Shown one piece after another: positions 37,501 through 46,979 of a DNA stretch of 61,766 bases (the stretch's first letter is position 1; each line of letters begins with the position of its first letter). A program made the translations under genes and the position numbers. Under the pieces are notes generated by a model that was not told the DNA's origin, made no database searches, and saw only the letters and a list, made by a program, of their open reading frames with translations. Location: the IMG/VR virus record IMGVR_UViG_3300027756_001348, positions 1-61,766 of that record; one strand, written 5' to 3'. The DNA comes from a virus (Duplodnaviria > Caudoviricetes).

Positions 37501-38121
37501 GCAGGCGGCACAGGTATTGCATTCGGTACTGGTGGAGGCACATTTGCAGGCGCAGGCAAGATCAGCATTGTGTTGGCAGGAGATGTACCATTCATATTCG
37601 CTGGTGATGCAGATGATTCCAGCGGTACTACTCCAGGCATGTTTCCAGACACTGACAATGCTTACACCATTGGTAACGCTTCAGCCAGATATGCCACCAT
37701 ATTTGCCACCACATTCCACGGCACAGCCACCAATGCATTGTACGCTGACTTGGCAGAGAAATATTTGGCAGACCAGCAATATGATTCGGGCACTGTGTTG
37801 CAGTTTGGTGGTGATAAAGAAGTTACCATTACAACTGAAGCCAACACCAACAAGATAGCAGGTGTAGTGACCACAGCACCAGCATTTTTAATGAATGATG
37901 CACTGAATCAAGAGAACACAGTGGCAGTGGCACTGCAAGGTCGTGTGCCATGCAAAGTGATAGGAAAGATTAACAAAGGTAACATGTTGGTGGCCAGTGC
38001 CACAGCAGGTGTGGCTTGTGCAGCAGAAGGTGAAATTAAAATGGGCACAGTGATTGGTAAATCATTAGAGAATTATGATTCAGATCAAGTGGGCGTGATT
38101 GAAATCGCGATAGGTAGATAA
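31561..38121 (+). CDS. Giant (2186 aa) baseplate/tail-fibre protein
   Basis: T4 gp10-like N-terminus (QNINIG...DGTGD..R....K.NENF.ELY); AATK.YVD repeats; C-terminal ADLAE.Y...GRVPCKV chaperone/peptidase G2-like domain. Confidence 0.8.
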   Translation: MAYQNINIGVEGNDGTGDSIRDAFRKANENFTELYAVFGAGGQIAFTSLSDTPDVLGIRNIPISNTTGTAFEMREITGGLGISVSYATAGDITITNTGSELVSDLSPTLGGPLNANGLAIANAAITAQAAIDFNNTHGTAVTIDNLVITKGYADQRYIKLGGGVGGAAGQIRVRSEPVDATAYTKTIASYTAGNAVVTAHGYDSGVNGLEVIYNTTGSAATGLVNGSTYYIRFVNANQLSFHSSFAEATNNDDATRIKISVAGGTGVQTFTDAGYDNTLAGFFLSDEAMPRQSIVRRQGDTMTGALYLNDHPGDLAGLGAPNGVDDLQAATKFYVDNTSYASDTNLFVSTKGDDLMDGVPPDKVGRSFSYAYKSINAACRKAEEIMLATPVELGPYTQTITFNNGAGNSLVVTEGVTSGSGYNNVKLLIDANRTFIIKQMIGFVNATYPNFTYDELICERDLGYILDGIVIDVLASLNSNVRSIQAGIRYYSNVSGAKAINQQLTETLAGINYAKSITNTVLQNLAVTPIYNAGFTQTFDAPSIVNSTGRASVGAKFDIITNIITNGISSAPPEVEGSTYTMTISNGGFAYVDQNNPSNQDLIPGKIVRGKTSGAIGRIVSVTAGASVDTVQMILIEPLEFIVAEGLEFTTPVKRNNITIRVESGTYLEDFPIRVPDGVSIKGDEFRRCIVKPRNRVSQSSFANTYFYRDLVIDGLTVTTTNFGRHYLVNPNAVVNTGVNYTNVGGYDTQALTILNAKPAIQTAVVNYVNSLLSPSSLNAANEERNRRETGSIVDAIFSDLKTGGNEKILEVQGNFYNSGLSAQEQAGISYVATYINASVIASASATIKNIVTAQMARVVYAFNGSYNPPKHNRLMDVFLMGEATILRNLSITGQGGFMCVLDPASQVLNKSPYIQTGSSFSASINTKAFRGGMFVDGSCGNIPINITSVVSPFILNVNSNAAQGLFVRKPLTPTAFYIDGARYQIDAVKNYDGPAGTCQLLLNASSNGGLGFVITSPIPYATVLQTAGNRSMLANDFTQVNDLGYGLLVTNGALSEQVSTFTYYCHAAYMALNGGQIRALNGSNANGVYGLVAEGSDPLEVPDDVDLVRNMAQVAKVYDDGATYDHPLLALSVYVYDLEYIPFNRSEIEIDHDPFDSSLALGVQRYEVASVEQLSPPVTVTGPSVTRSGTVYKLNLSTAGTDLASTTGLKATLANLQNVTIRASQAHQFAGVNNISPTRPSTALTFYDDTATIVYRTTAFNITNAVGTALPANNVIATFDTTFDNVRLQIRPASAVLNTYAPAGTTSMGATAGDTTLAIEIITEALDITRLNTGAMSFGWAGKTHRVTSYTNRGTFATVTTVQLTNINTAGPAAGIQEPLVRGAGLENITLRCGLLANANADITIKISTCRATGHDFLDIGTGGFNTSNYPNNIFGDPTIQPVQDNEVDERGKGRVFFVSTDQDGVFRVGRFFTVDQGTGSVTFSASIALSNLDGLGFKRGVVVAEFSTDSAMTDNASDTAPTESAVRGYVDRRLHYTQGGSLVADPIGPGAIARDGSTSFTGNISAGGFKLITLGSPVVGTDAANKSYVDNTLYASDQVENLRNVDIAGFAANQILVFNGRQRIFTVPESGGLFAVGNTITGSSTGTVATIVDYESVVLPGSLSARRITFAAVSGSGFSTLDSISTGGGVSAQIIDGPMNELANGVMSASTDISITATRSTAQTDLNLQIVAGSIINADVNATAAIQQSKLAMNAATTRVNATGISQADLGLAAFDVGDFTVTNGWVTLASGAVDLADFPVVSQYQTYGKNTVGTGAPLIVNYSDVVNYGLGLEDGDFVTILSAASDPGEALIKTGTGAYSITNVSTTAEVNSIVKSDATGIVDVAQLKVDGFKLIDSNTGTNTSIFTTRGNVDFLTAQGSTVAGTTLVFTGRKFEFGGSTVSNSPTADTLQSLSANQGRGLATPHLFTKFIESDVVEAGGTGIAFGTGGGTFAGAGKISIVLAGDVPFIFAGDADDSSGTTPGMFPDTDNAYTIGNASARYATIFATTFHGTATNALYADLAEKYLADQQYDSGTVLQFGGDKEVTITTEANTNKIAGVVTTAPAFLMNDALNQENTVAVALQGRVPCKVIGKINKGNMLVASATAGVACAAEGEIKMGTVIGKSLENYDSDQVGVIEIAIGR

Positions 38122-38123
38122 AC

Positions 38124-38375
38124 ATGGCCAAACAAACAGTGAACATAGGCACATCTGTGAACAAGGGCAATGGTGATCCATTGCGCACAGCATTCACTAA
38201 GATCAATCAAAACTTTACTGAATTGTACGTGCAAGATGTGCCAGCCACCAGTGCTGGAAAAACAGGTGATGTCAAAGGTATGTTGGCCGTTGACACATCA
38301 TATCTATACGTGTGTTTTAAAAATTATGACGGAGCAGGAGCAATTTGGAAACGTATTGCTCTAGCAAGTTTTTAA
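38124..38375 (+). CDS. Small structural protein with gp10-like N-terminal motif
   Basis: QTVNIG...GD.LR.AF.KIN.NF.ELY plus D..YLYVC...W.R. Confidence 0.7.
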   Translation: MAKQTVNIGTSVNKGNGDPLRTAFTKINQNFTELYVQDVPATSAGKTGDVKGMLAVDTSYLYVCFKNYDGAGAIWKRIALASF

Positions 38376-38388
38376 CAGAGGATAAATT

Positions 38389-40416
38389 ATGGCAAATAGA
38401 CTACCACTCATAGTGGACACCACAGACGGCAACAAGATCAAAGAATTGCCCATAGGCGATAATCTATTGATGACTGGCTCCAACATCACTGGAGTGGCTG
38501 GTATTATTGCACAGTCTATAAACATTGTCACAGGTTCAATCAATAGTTTATCCACACAAAATCTCACAGTGACCAATGCTGCCAATTTGGGCAATATAGC
38601 TGATATCACCATCACAGGTGGCACAGCAGGACAGGTGTTAAGCACTGATGGCGCAGGCAATGTGAGTTTTGCATCATTGGGTAGTTACAACCAAGGTCTC
38701 AATACCACAGACAATGTCACATTCAACACAGTGGCCACTAGAAGAATCACAGCCCCTGTCAATGTCGCTGCAGAGATTAGAACCAGCAGCACAGCATTGG
38801 GAACAAAAACTTTTGAATTTGGCAGCACAGGAGTGTTGACACTGCCTGTGAATGGTGACATACGCAACAGTGCAGGACAGAGTTTATTGAATTATGGATC
38901 AGTGTCAGCAGACATCATCAGCGATGTGGACAACACACGTGATATCGGCAGCAGTGTCAACCGCTGGGCTGAAGGACATTTCACCAACATTTACGGAGCA
39001 TTAACAGGCAACGTCACAGGCAGTGTGTCAGGCAATGCAGGCTTTGCCACCTATTCAGGTGCTGTGACTATTGCAGCAAACAACACCACCAACGCCACCA
39101 ATTTTCCATTGTTCACTGCAGCAGCCACAGGCAACCTCACACCCACCACTGACACGGGATTCACTTATAATCCATCCACAGGAGTGCTGATTGCCACAAC
39201 TTTTTCAGGCGCAGTGCTGGGCAATGTTACTGGCAATGTCACTGGAAATTTAACAGGTAATGTCACTGGTGATGTCACAGGCAATGTGGAAGGGTCTGTG
39301 TTTGCCAACGACAGCACACAGATGATCAACGCAGTGACTGGCAAAGTGGTAGGTCCCATACTGGTCAATGTGGCCAACATCAGTATTTTGGGTGGATCTG
39401 TCAATCAGGTATTGAGAACAGATGGAGCAGGCGCACTCAGCTGGGTGACTCAAACAGGTGGAGCTGGTGGTGGAGCAGTTTTATTAGATGATCTCACAGA
39501 TGTGGTTATTACCTCAGCAGCAAACGGTGAAGTTTTAAAATACAATGGTTCCAATTGGGTCAACAGTGCTGTGCCATTGAACGCATTTGGCACTGTGACT
39601 GTATCAGGGTCTGGCATCAACATCACACCAGATCAATTGAATGACACATTGACTTTTGTAGCCAGCACAGGTATCAGTATGACTGCTGATGCAGGCACTG
39701 ACAGCATCACCATCACCAACACAGCACCCAATGTGGTGCAAAACGTATTCACCACTGTGTCAGTGGCAGGTCAAACATCAGTGGCAGCAGACACCAGCAC
39801 AGACACACTCACATTGGTGGCTGGCAGCAATGTGACCATCACCACAGACAGTGGCACAGACAGCATCACCATAAACGCCAGTCAAAGCAATTCATTTGTG
39901 AGCATAGCAGTGGCAGGTCAATCACCAGTGTTGGCAGACAACACCAGCGACACATTGACTTTGGTAGGCAGTGGCATCACCATCACCACTGACTCCGTGA
40001 CTGATACCATCACATTCTCCAATGCAGGCGCAGGATTAGAAGCAAGAAGCACTGCTGCAGGCGTGACTGCTAGTTTGGGCAGTTTGGCTTCTGCAGATCT
40101 CAACATCACGGGATTCAAAGGCTATGTTCTTTTAAAAATTCAAACATCAGTGGCAGCTTGGGTAAGATTGTACACAGATGGCACCAGCAGAACAGCAGAT
40201 GCCGGCAGATTGGAAACAGTGGATCCAGATCCAGGAGCAGGAGTAATAGCAGAAGTGATCACCACAGGTGGACAGACCATACTGATGTCACCAGCTGTGA
40301 TGGGATTCAACAATGAAACTGTGCCCACCACCACCATACCTTGCAGAGTGACCAACAAGAGTGGTAGCTCGGCAGCGGTTACTGTGACTTTGACTTTGAT
40401 TAAAATAGAGGCATAA
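38389..40416 (+). CDS. Tail fibre protein
   Basis: GQVL.TDG.G..S and G(N/D)VT repeats; three ~46-aa DTLT repeats. Confidence 0.75.
   Translation: MANRLPLIVDTTDGNKIKELPIGDNLLMTGSNITGVAGIIAQSINIVTGSINSLSTQNLTVTNAANLGNIADITITGGTAGQVLSTDGAGNVSFASLGSYNQGLNTTDNVTFNTVATRRITAPVNVAAEIRTSSTALGTKTFEFGSTGVLTLPVNGDIRNSAGQSLLNYGSVSADIISDVDNTRDIGSSVNRWAEGHFTNIYGALTGNVTGSVSGNAGFATYSGAVTIAANNTTNATNFPLFTAAATGNLTPTTDTGFTYNPSTGVLIATTFSGAVLGNVTGNVTGNLTGNVTGDVTGNVEGSVFANDSTQMINAVTGKVVGPILVNVANISILGGSVNQVLRTDGAGALSWVTQTGGAGGGAVLLDDLTDVVITSAANGEVLKYNGSNWVNSAVPLNAFGTVTVSGSGINITPDQLNDTLTFVASTGISMTADAGTDSITITNTAPNVVQNVFTTVSVAGQTSVAADTSTDTLTLVAGSNVTITTDSGTDSITINASQSNSFVSIAVAGQSPVLADNTSDTLTLVGSGITITTDSVTDTITFSNAGAGLEARSTAAGVTASLGSLASADLNITGFKGYVLLKIQTSVAAWVRLYTDGTSRTADAGRLETVDPDPGAGVIAEVITTGGQTILMSPAVMGFNNETVPTTTIPCRVTNKSGSSAAVTVTLTLIKIEA
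39220..39294 (+). repeat. 12-nt coding tandem repeat (G-N/D-V/L-T)n
   Basis: GNVTGNVTGNLTGNVTGDVTGNVEG. Confidence 0.8.
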
Positions 40417-40422
40417 TACATT

Positions 40423-43083
40423 ATGTCAAATGTTCTAGACTACGTCACCACAAAGAAATACATTGTCACTGTGTATGATCACAATGATCTGGATGCTGTG
40501 TATGCAGATTTAGAAACTGCAGGCATGGCTCCTCCCAACACTGAAATTCTGCGTGATGTGCAGTGTGTGGACCGCAGGCCTTCCAGCAGAAACACAGTGT
40601 ACAAACTGTGTGATTGGGAAGCTGCAGAATTGAAAAATGATTCCAGAGTAAAATCAGTCACGTTGCATCCAAATGAATTGGGAATCCAAGCAGGTCTCAA
40701 TAATATTTCACAAACCAGTAGCAATTGGAACAAATCCAGCAGCACTGGTTCCACAATGAAAAATTTTGCTTTGTTGAGATGCACCGAAGGTGTTCAGCGT
40801 GCAGGATGGGGCAGCAATGGTACCACCACACAAACTGCCACCATACAACTGTCACAAACTGGCAAAAACGTGGATGTCGTAATTTGTGACGACGATGGAT
40901 TGGTGGTGGGTCATCCAGAATACGCAGTGAACGCTGACGGTACCGGAGGCAGTAGATATATTCAATACAATTGGTTTCAACACAATCCTGCAGTTAAAGG
41001 CACCATAGCCAGCAATTATTCCTATGGTCAAGAAGATCATTCCTCACACGTGGCTGGCACAGTGGCAGGCAACACTCAAGGTTGGGCAAGGAGTGCTAAC
41101 ATTTATAATATTTTTTATTTTGCTGGAGCCACAAACGATTTGACTTTTCCTTATGTGATAGATTATGTGAGACAGTTTCACAGCACCAAAGCAGTGAATG
41201 TTGCCACAGGCAGAAAAAATCCCACCATAGTAAACAACAGTTGGGGCATGAGTCTATTTGCTTTCGAATGGTCATTCAATGATATCACAGCAGTCACATA
41301 CAGAGGCACACGTTTTACGCCTGCAGGTTTAACCACTTTTCTAGGTACCAGTGGAGTTTGCACCACATCCACTCTGCTGGCCAATCTTCCTAATTTGGAA
41401 CTGGGTGGCAATAGAATCACCACTGTAGGCACTGTGGCTGTGGTGCAAGGCACAGTGACTTCGATACCGGTCAGCTGGTCACAGCCTTCCAATTCATCTG
41501 CTGTGATACAAGACACTGTTCAACCTGCTGCAGAATATGTGGTCACTGTGAACACCACTGCCAACAATGTCACCATGAGAGTGAGAAGTCAAGTGGCTGC
41601 TGGATCACAGTCAGGTGTGACCACGCTCAGTGTGAGAATACAGATAGTCAATGCTGTAGGTACTACGGTGTATGATGTCACGAACGGGCCTTTCACTAGT
41701 GTGGATGGTGGCAGTGTGTCAGCCACTGTGGATAACACAGTGACATTGAGCACTGCTGGCAACTACACCATCACATATTCTACCTCATTATCTCAACCAC
41801 AGAACAATCCCACAAGATCTTTTGACATGATGGCAGATATCAATATCACTCCAGGCACCACTTCAGCCACAGTGACCAGCATAGGCAGCAGTTTGTTGGG
41901 GGCTGCCAGTTTGACTGCATCCACCACTCCCACTGTGGGCAGCAACGATGATGGTTATTGGACTTTGTCTTTGCCTTTCAATATTTCATATTTAGGTGTG
42001 ACCTACAATCAAATATTTGTGGGTACCAATTGTTATGTCACTTTTAGCAATGGATCAGTGGTGTACAGTGGAGTCAGTGTAACTAATCCTGCTCTGCCCA
42101 AAATAATGTGGTGTGCTAGAGACAACAGTGTGCAAAGAATTTACTATGGTGTGGAAGGTGTTTCACCAAACAGAACATACAGAGTGAGACAGGAAGGCAC
42201 AGCCACCATATCAGGCACTGTGGGCAGCCCCACAATGATCAGTGAGTGGACGTTTTACGAAGCATTTCCTGATAGAATAGATCTGCAAACAGGCATCAAC
42301 AGTGCCAAAAGCACAGGTGGCACATTCACCACGCAACAATTGAATGATTGGGGATTTATTGCCAGCCAACGTATTCCTGTGAGAGTCACAGCATTGGATG
42401 ACGACCTGGAAGACGCCTATGCTGAAGGCATTATTATGACAGGCGCAGCAGGCAATGGCAGTTGGAAACACGAAACACCAGGAGGGTTGGATTGGAACAA
42501 TACTTTTGAAATGGGTGTGAGATATCCAGGGAGTGTGGCTCAACCTTACTATTATATGAGAGGTACCAGTCCCACTGCCAATGACAACACCACTGTGGGC
42601 ACACATAATTTGCCTGCTATCTGCGTGGGTGCTGTGGACATCACTTCTACTGAACAGAAAGTTACATTTAGTGATTGTGGTGCAGGAGTGGATATATTTG
42701 CACCAGGCACCTTAATTATCAGTGCATTACCCAGTGGTGTTGCTGATCCAAGAAATGCCAGTTTTTATATCGGAAAATTCAGTGGCACATCCATGGCCAG
42801 TCCACAGGTGTGTGGAGTGTTGGCGTGTGCGTTGGAAACCTATCCCACCATGAATCAAACTCAAGCCAAGGCATACATCACAGGCATTGCCAAAACTGCA
42901 CAGTTAACTGGCACCAATGGTGGACCCGCAGATGGACAGGATCTGCAAGGAGCACCAAATCTCTATTTGTTTTATAGAGTAGAACGCAAGATCAGTGGCA
43001 ACACATTTCCTAAAATCAACAACAAACAAAAACCCACTGCTGGATCAGTGTTTCCCAGAACTAAAATCCGCAGAACGATCTAA
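40423..43083 (+). CDS. Subtilisin-family (S8) protease with a large beta-rich insertion
   Basis: VDVVICDDDG (Asp), HSSHVAGT (His), AAGNG (oxyanion Asn), GTSMASP (Ser). Confidence 0.88.
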   Translation: MSNVLDYVTTKKYIVTVYDHNDLDAVYADLETAGMAPPNTEILRDVQCVDRRPSSRNTVYKLCDWEAAELKNDSRVKSVTLHPNELGIQAGLNNISQTSSNWNKSSSTGSTMKNFALLRCTEGVQRAGWGSNGTTTQTATIQLSQTGKNVDVVICDDDGLVVGHPEYAVNADGTGGSRYIQYNWFQHNPAVKGTIASNYSYGQEDHSSHVAGTVAGNTQGWARSANIYNIFYFAGATNDLTFPYVIDYVRQFHSTKAVNVATGRKNPTIVNNSWGMSLFAFEWSFNDITAVTYRGTRFTPAGLTTFLGTSGVCTTSTLLANLPNLELGGNRITTVGTVAVVQGTVTSIPVSWSQPSNSSAVIQDTVQPAAEYVVTVNTTANNVTMRVRSQVAAGSQSGVTTLSVRIQIVNAVGTTVYDVTNGPFTSVDGGSVSATVDNTVTLSTAGNYTITYSTSLSQPQNNPTRSFDMMADINITPGTTSATVTSIGSSLLGAASLTASTTPTVGSNDDGYWTLSLPFNISYLGVTYNQIFVGTNCYVTFSNGSVVYSGVSVTNPALPKIMWCARDNSVQRIYYGVEGVSPNRTYRVRQEGTATISGTVGSPTMISEWTFYEAFPDRIDLQTGINSAKSTGGTFTTQQLNDWGFIASQRIPVRVTALDDDLEDAYAEGIIMTGAAGNGSWKHETPGGLDWNNTFEMGVRYPGSVAQPYYYMRGTSPTANDNTTVGTHNLPAICVGAVDITSTEQKVTFSDCGAGVDIFAPGTLIISALPSGVADPRNASFYIGKFSGTSMASPQVCGVLACALETYPTMNQTQAKAYITGIAKTAQLTGTNGGPADGQDLQGAPNLYLFYRVERKISGNTFPKINNKQKPTAGSVFPRTKIRRTI

Positions 43084-43100
43084 CACAGATAAATACAGTT

Positions 43101-43814
43101 ATGCCCATAAGCACCATAAACATAGGAACAATTGCCAATGATGGCACAGGTGATGATTTACGCGAAGCGTTTATCAAAGTCAATAATAATTTTGCTGATT
43201 TAGCTGCTAGAGATCCTGAAAACACTTCTATCATTAACAGACTGGTAGACAGCAGCACTGTGAAAGGCATATTCTATCAAAAAGTTGGTGCGGAATTACA
43301 ATTAAAAAATTTAGAAGCTGGCAGCAATATCACGCTGTCCACCAACAATGATAAAATCACTATCACTGCATCAGGCATAATAAGTTTGGGCATAGTGGGC
43401 AACACAGGACCAGTGACCACATTGGTCAACGGCAACACCCTACAAGTATTGGGCACACTGGCAGGAGCTACTAGAACAGAAATGATCAACCAGGGTGGAT
43501 TTCCCACACTGAGAGTATCAACACTATTATCCAATGAATCTAATCCCACACTGGGAGCCACACTCACAGGGGCCAACAACAACATAGTGGGGATAAACAC
43601 AATACAAGCAGCCAATGTGCAATCTTTGGTATACGGCTTGAGTCTAGATGATAGAGATTCTTTCATAGGATTTGATCTAGGTGATATCAATTTAGATGGC
43701 AGTAATCAAAACAACATCACTAATCTGCTGGATTTATTCTTTGCGGTAAATCCTGTGGACTTGGGCACCATAACAGGTCCCAGTGCTGCTGTGCATGACT
43801 TTGGCGCCATCTAA
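43101..43814 (+). CDS. Structural protein with gp10-like N-terminal motif
   Basis: INIG..ANDGTGD.LREAF.KVN.NF; ATAAATA 5 nt upstream. Confidence 0.72.
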   Translation: MPISTINIGTIANDGTGDDLREAFIKVNNNFADLAARDPENTSIINRLVDSSTVKGIFYQKVGAELQLKNLEAGSNITLSTNNDKITITASGIISLGIVGNTGPVTTLVNGNTLQVLGTLAGATRTEMINQGGFPTLRVSTLLSNESNPTLGATLTGANNNIVGINTIQAANVQSLVYGLSLDDRDSFIGFDLGDINLDGSNQNNITNLLDLFFAVNPVDLGTITGPSAAVHDFGAI

Positions 43815-43834
43815 TTTTTCCATAAATACAACAT

Positions 43835-46354
43835 ATGAGCAACTTGTGGACACAACCAACTGGCTATTCTTTAGGCACTATTACTGAGAGGACTATCACA
43901 GCAATCAATCTGCCTATCACAGCAGTGGATGCAGTGACTTTGATAGCAGGCAGTTTACCCGCTGGATTAAGATTACAAAACGCTGCCATAGTGGGCACCA
44001 CACTGGAAGTGACTAGAACCACCCAATCTAGATTTGTGTTGCGAGCAAAATTAGGCACTGATATTCAAGATCGCACCTACACTATCACAGTGGCGGGTCC
44101 AGATGCTCCCACTTGGATCACCCCAGCTGGCATATTGCCCGTAGGAGTCAACGATGCTTTGTTCATATTGGACAGTGCTTATGTGGATTATCAATTGTTG
44201 GCCACAGACACAGATTTATCAGCAGGTGATGAGTTGGAATATTTCATTGCTAGAGGTGATGGCACACTGCCACCAGGCATCACACTGACCAAATCAGGCA
44301 AATTGACTGGAGTGATAGATCCTATATTAGCTTTGGATACATCGGCTGCCAGCGGAACCTATGATGCCAACACATATGGTGCTTTTCCTTTTGATTTTGG
44401 ACTGAGAAGTGCCAACGGTTTTGAAAGTTTTTTCTATGATGTGGAATTTTATGATTTTTCCATTCCCACCAGATCACCACGCAAACTGAGCAGATACTAT
44501 GAATTCACAGTGAGTGTGAGTGACGGTGACACTATCACCAAAAGAAAATTTAGAATATTTGTGGTGGGCGATGATTTTTTACGTGCAGACAACACCATGC
44601 TGCAAGTGGGTGGTGGTGTGTTCACATCTGACGGCACATACATTAGAACTCCACAGTGGCTCACTCCAAGAAACATTGGATACAAGAGAGCCAACAACTA
44701 TGTGACAATTTTCTTAGAATTGTATGATCCCAACACCATCACAGGCTATGTGGGCTACACATTGAGACCCACCAATGATGATGCCACAGTGAGCACACTG
44801 CCACCAGGTTGCACATTGGACAGCACATCAGGTGAAGTGGCAGGCAGAGTGCCATATCAACCAGCAGTGACCAAAGAATACAAATTCACTGTGAGGGCTA
44901 CTAGATTTGGCGGCAACAATGAAAGTCTAGCTATCAAAGACAAAACATTTGCGGTAAAAATTCTAGGTGAAGTGGACAGTGTGATCACTTGGCTCACAGA
45001 ATCTAACCTAGGCAGCATCAATGCAAACTTTATCAGCACACTATCAGTCAAAGCTCAAACCACAGTGCCCAATGCTGTGTTGAGGTATGTGGTCACTGCA
45101 GGCGCACTGCCCAATGGATTAGTGTTGGCTTTGGATGGAGAAATATTAGGCAAAGTGAGACAATTTCCATTGGCAGGATTATTAGGATTAACCACATTTG
45201 ACGCTAGAGATTTTACATTGGATGCTGGAGACACCAGCATAGACAGACAGTTTCTGTTCACTGTGGAAGCCCGTGACCAATTTGGTTACAGTGCAATCAC
45301 AAAAACTTTCACGCTCAATGTGACAGCCACCAGCGATCTACTTTACAGCAATCTTTATGTGAAACCTTTGCTGAAACCCACACAGAGAAACACTTATCTT
45401 ACACTAGTGGGCAATCCAGAAATATTTGTGCCTACTGCCGTTTATAGACCCAGCGATGATTTATTTGGCATACAAAAACAATTAAAAATGTTGATATACG
45501 CAGGCATTGAAACTAAAACTATAAATTATTATGTGGCAGCCACAGTAAAGAATCATCGTCGTAAAAGATATCAGTTTGGGGAAATTAAAACAGCCATAGC
45601 CAAAACTCCTGGCACCAACGACATTGTGTATGAAGTGGTGTATATACAAATGATTGATCCTCAGGATCACCCCAGTCAACAGGTGCAGAGCAAAATAAAA
45701 ATTAAAAATCCAAACAAGATCAACATCACTCAGACTGATATAGAAGTGATTGATGATGTGACCAAACTCAATGTGGGAGGCAGTTCTTACACATTGTTCA
45801 CAAATAATAATTTGCCACTGGCAGTGGGAGCCATAGGCACTAATCTGCAAATCTATGCTAGACAAGGCAGTTTGATATTGAATCTTGACACAGGTATATT
45901 ATCAGTTACACTGGCCAATGGCTCTGTGATCACCGTGGGCAATGTGGTGGCCAATGCCACAGATCCTTTTAGATTTAGACCCAATACCGGAGTGATCAAA
46001 GTTGACAGTAAAATATTAAATGTGGCCAATGCCAACGACATAGAAAGATTCATCAGCAATACCACAAACATGCGAGCAAATATTAGAGCAGTGGGCAGCA
46101 CTGAAAATGAGTTTTTACCTTTGTGGATGAGAACTGCTCAATCTGGACAGACACAGGTTTTAGGCTATGTAACTGCTGTGCCGCTGTGCTACTGCCAACC
46201 AGGCACCAGTGCTAAGATTTTGGCAGCATTAAAAAACAATGGTTTTGACTTCAAAAACATAGACTTTGAAATTGACAGATACATCATAGACAGTACCACA
46301 GACAGTGGTGTGGAGCAGTATATTATGTTTCCTAGCTATCAATATAACATTTAA
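43835..46354 (+). CDS. Ig-like repeat structural (baseplate) protein
   Basis: Repeated G.LP.G..L...G...G and F.V.A.D putative-Ig motifs; ATAAATA 6 nt upstream. Confidence 0.72.
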   Translation: MSNLWTQPTGYSLGTITERTITAINLPITAVDAVTLIAGSLPAGLRLQNAAIVGTTLEVTRTTQSRFVLRAKLGTDIQDRTYTITVAGPDAPTWITPAGILPVGVNDALFILDSAYVDYQLLATDTDLSAGDELEYFIARGDGTLPPGITLTKSGKLTGVIDPILALDTSAASGTYDANTYGAFPFDFGLRSANGFESFFYDVEFYDFSIPTRSPRKLSRYYEFTVSVSDGDTITKRKFRIFVVGDDFLRADNTMLQVGGGVFTSDGTYIRTPQWLTPRNIGYKRANNYVTIFLELYDPNTITGYVGYTLRPTNDDATVSTLPPGCTLDSTSGEVAGRVPYQPAVTKEYKFTVRATRFGGNNESLAIKDKTFAVKILGEVDSVITWLTESNLGSINANFISTLSVKAQTTVPNAVLRYVVTAGALPNGLVLALDGEILGKVRQFPLAGLLGLTTFDARDFTLDAGDTSIDRQFLFTVEARDQFGYSAITKTFTLNVTATSDLLYSNLYVKPLLKPTQRNTYLTLVGNPEIFVPTAVYRPSDDLFGIQKQLKMLIYAGIETKTINYYVAATVKNHRRKRYQFGEIKTAIAKTPGTNDIVYEVVYIQMIDPQDHPSQQVQSKIKIKNPNKINITQTDIEVIDDVTKLNVGGSSYTLFTNNNLPLAVGAIGTNLQIYARQGSLILNLDTGILSVTLANGSVITVGNVVANATDPFRFRPNTGVIKVDSKILNVANANDIERFISNTTNMRANIRAVGSTENEFLPLWMRTAQSGQTQVLGYVTAVPLCYCQPGTSAKILAALKNNGFDFKNIDFEIDRYIIDSTTDSGVEQYIMFPSYQYNI

Positions 46355-46399
46355 ACAGTGATTGGAACAGATAAATAAACACAACTATAAGGAAGCACT

Positions 46400-46963
46400 A
46401 TGCCAAGCAACATTAACACAACCAATCTAGATGAAACATATCCTGTGGCAGGACAGGACAACAACAGCCAAGGATTTAGAGATAATTTCACCACCATTAA
46501 AACAAATTTTTCCACTGCCAAAACAGAGATAGAAGCACTACAAACCAACACAGCAAAATTAAACGCCACAAATAACTTTGCCAACAATGTAATTTCAGGA
46601 GCAAAATTTACCAACAATAATTTGACTGTTTATTCAGCTGGCAACGTGTCCACTGCGCAAAACATCAGTTTGAATAACGGAAATTTTCAAACTTTCACAG
46701 TGACAGCCAACCTTACATTAACATTAACAAATTGGCCCACAGTGACCTCAGGCATGAGCAGTGTGATTGTAGAAGTGAGAAGCAACGGTGTTCAACGCAC
46801 AGTGGTATGGAGTACAGAGAACGCTGGATTAATTTACAAAGACTCTGCTTTTCCTAATCCATTCTTAGTGAACGCAGCACAAAATCCAATGTATGTGGAG
46901 TTCTGGACCTACAACCAAGGCACCACAGTGTTTGCTAAATTTTTAGGCACATTCATCAATTAA
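46400..46963 (+). CDS. Structural protein
   Basis: YPVAGQDN.SQGFRDNF; AAGGA SD. Confidence 0.65.
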   Translation: MPSNINTTNLDETYPVAGQDNNSQGFRDNFTTIKTNFSTAKTEIEALQTNTAKLNATNNFANNVISGAKFTNNNLTVYSAGNVSTAQNISLNNGNFQTFTVTANLTLTLTNWPTVTSGMSSVIVEVRSNGVQRTVVWSTENAGLIYKDSAFPNPFLVNAAQNPMYVEFWTYNQGTTVFAKFLGTFIN

Positions 46964-46979
46964 TCTAATTGGGAATACC

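Noticed and set aside
39220-40020. Tandem repeats in the tail fibre as CRISPR or contingency loci
   Set aside because: In-frame, synonymous-divergent protein repeats typical of fibres
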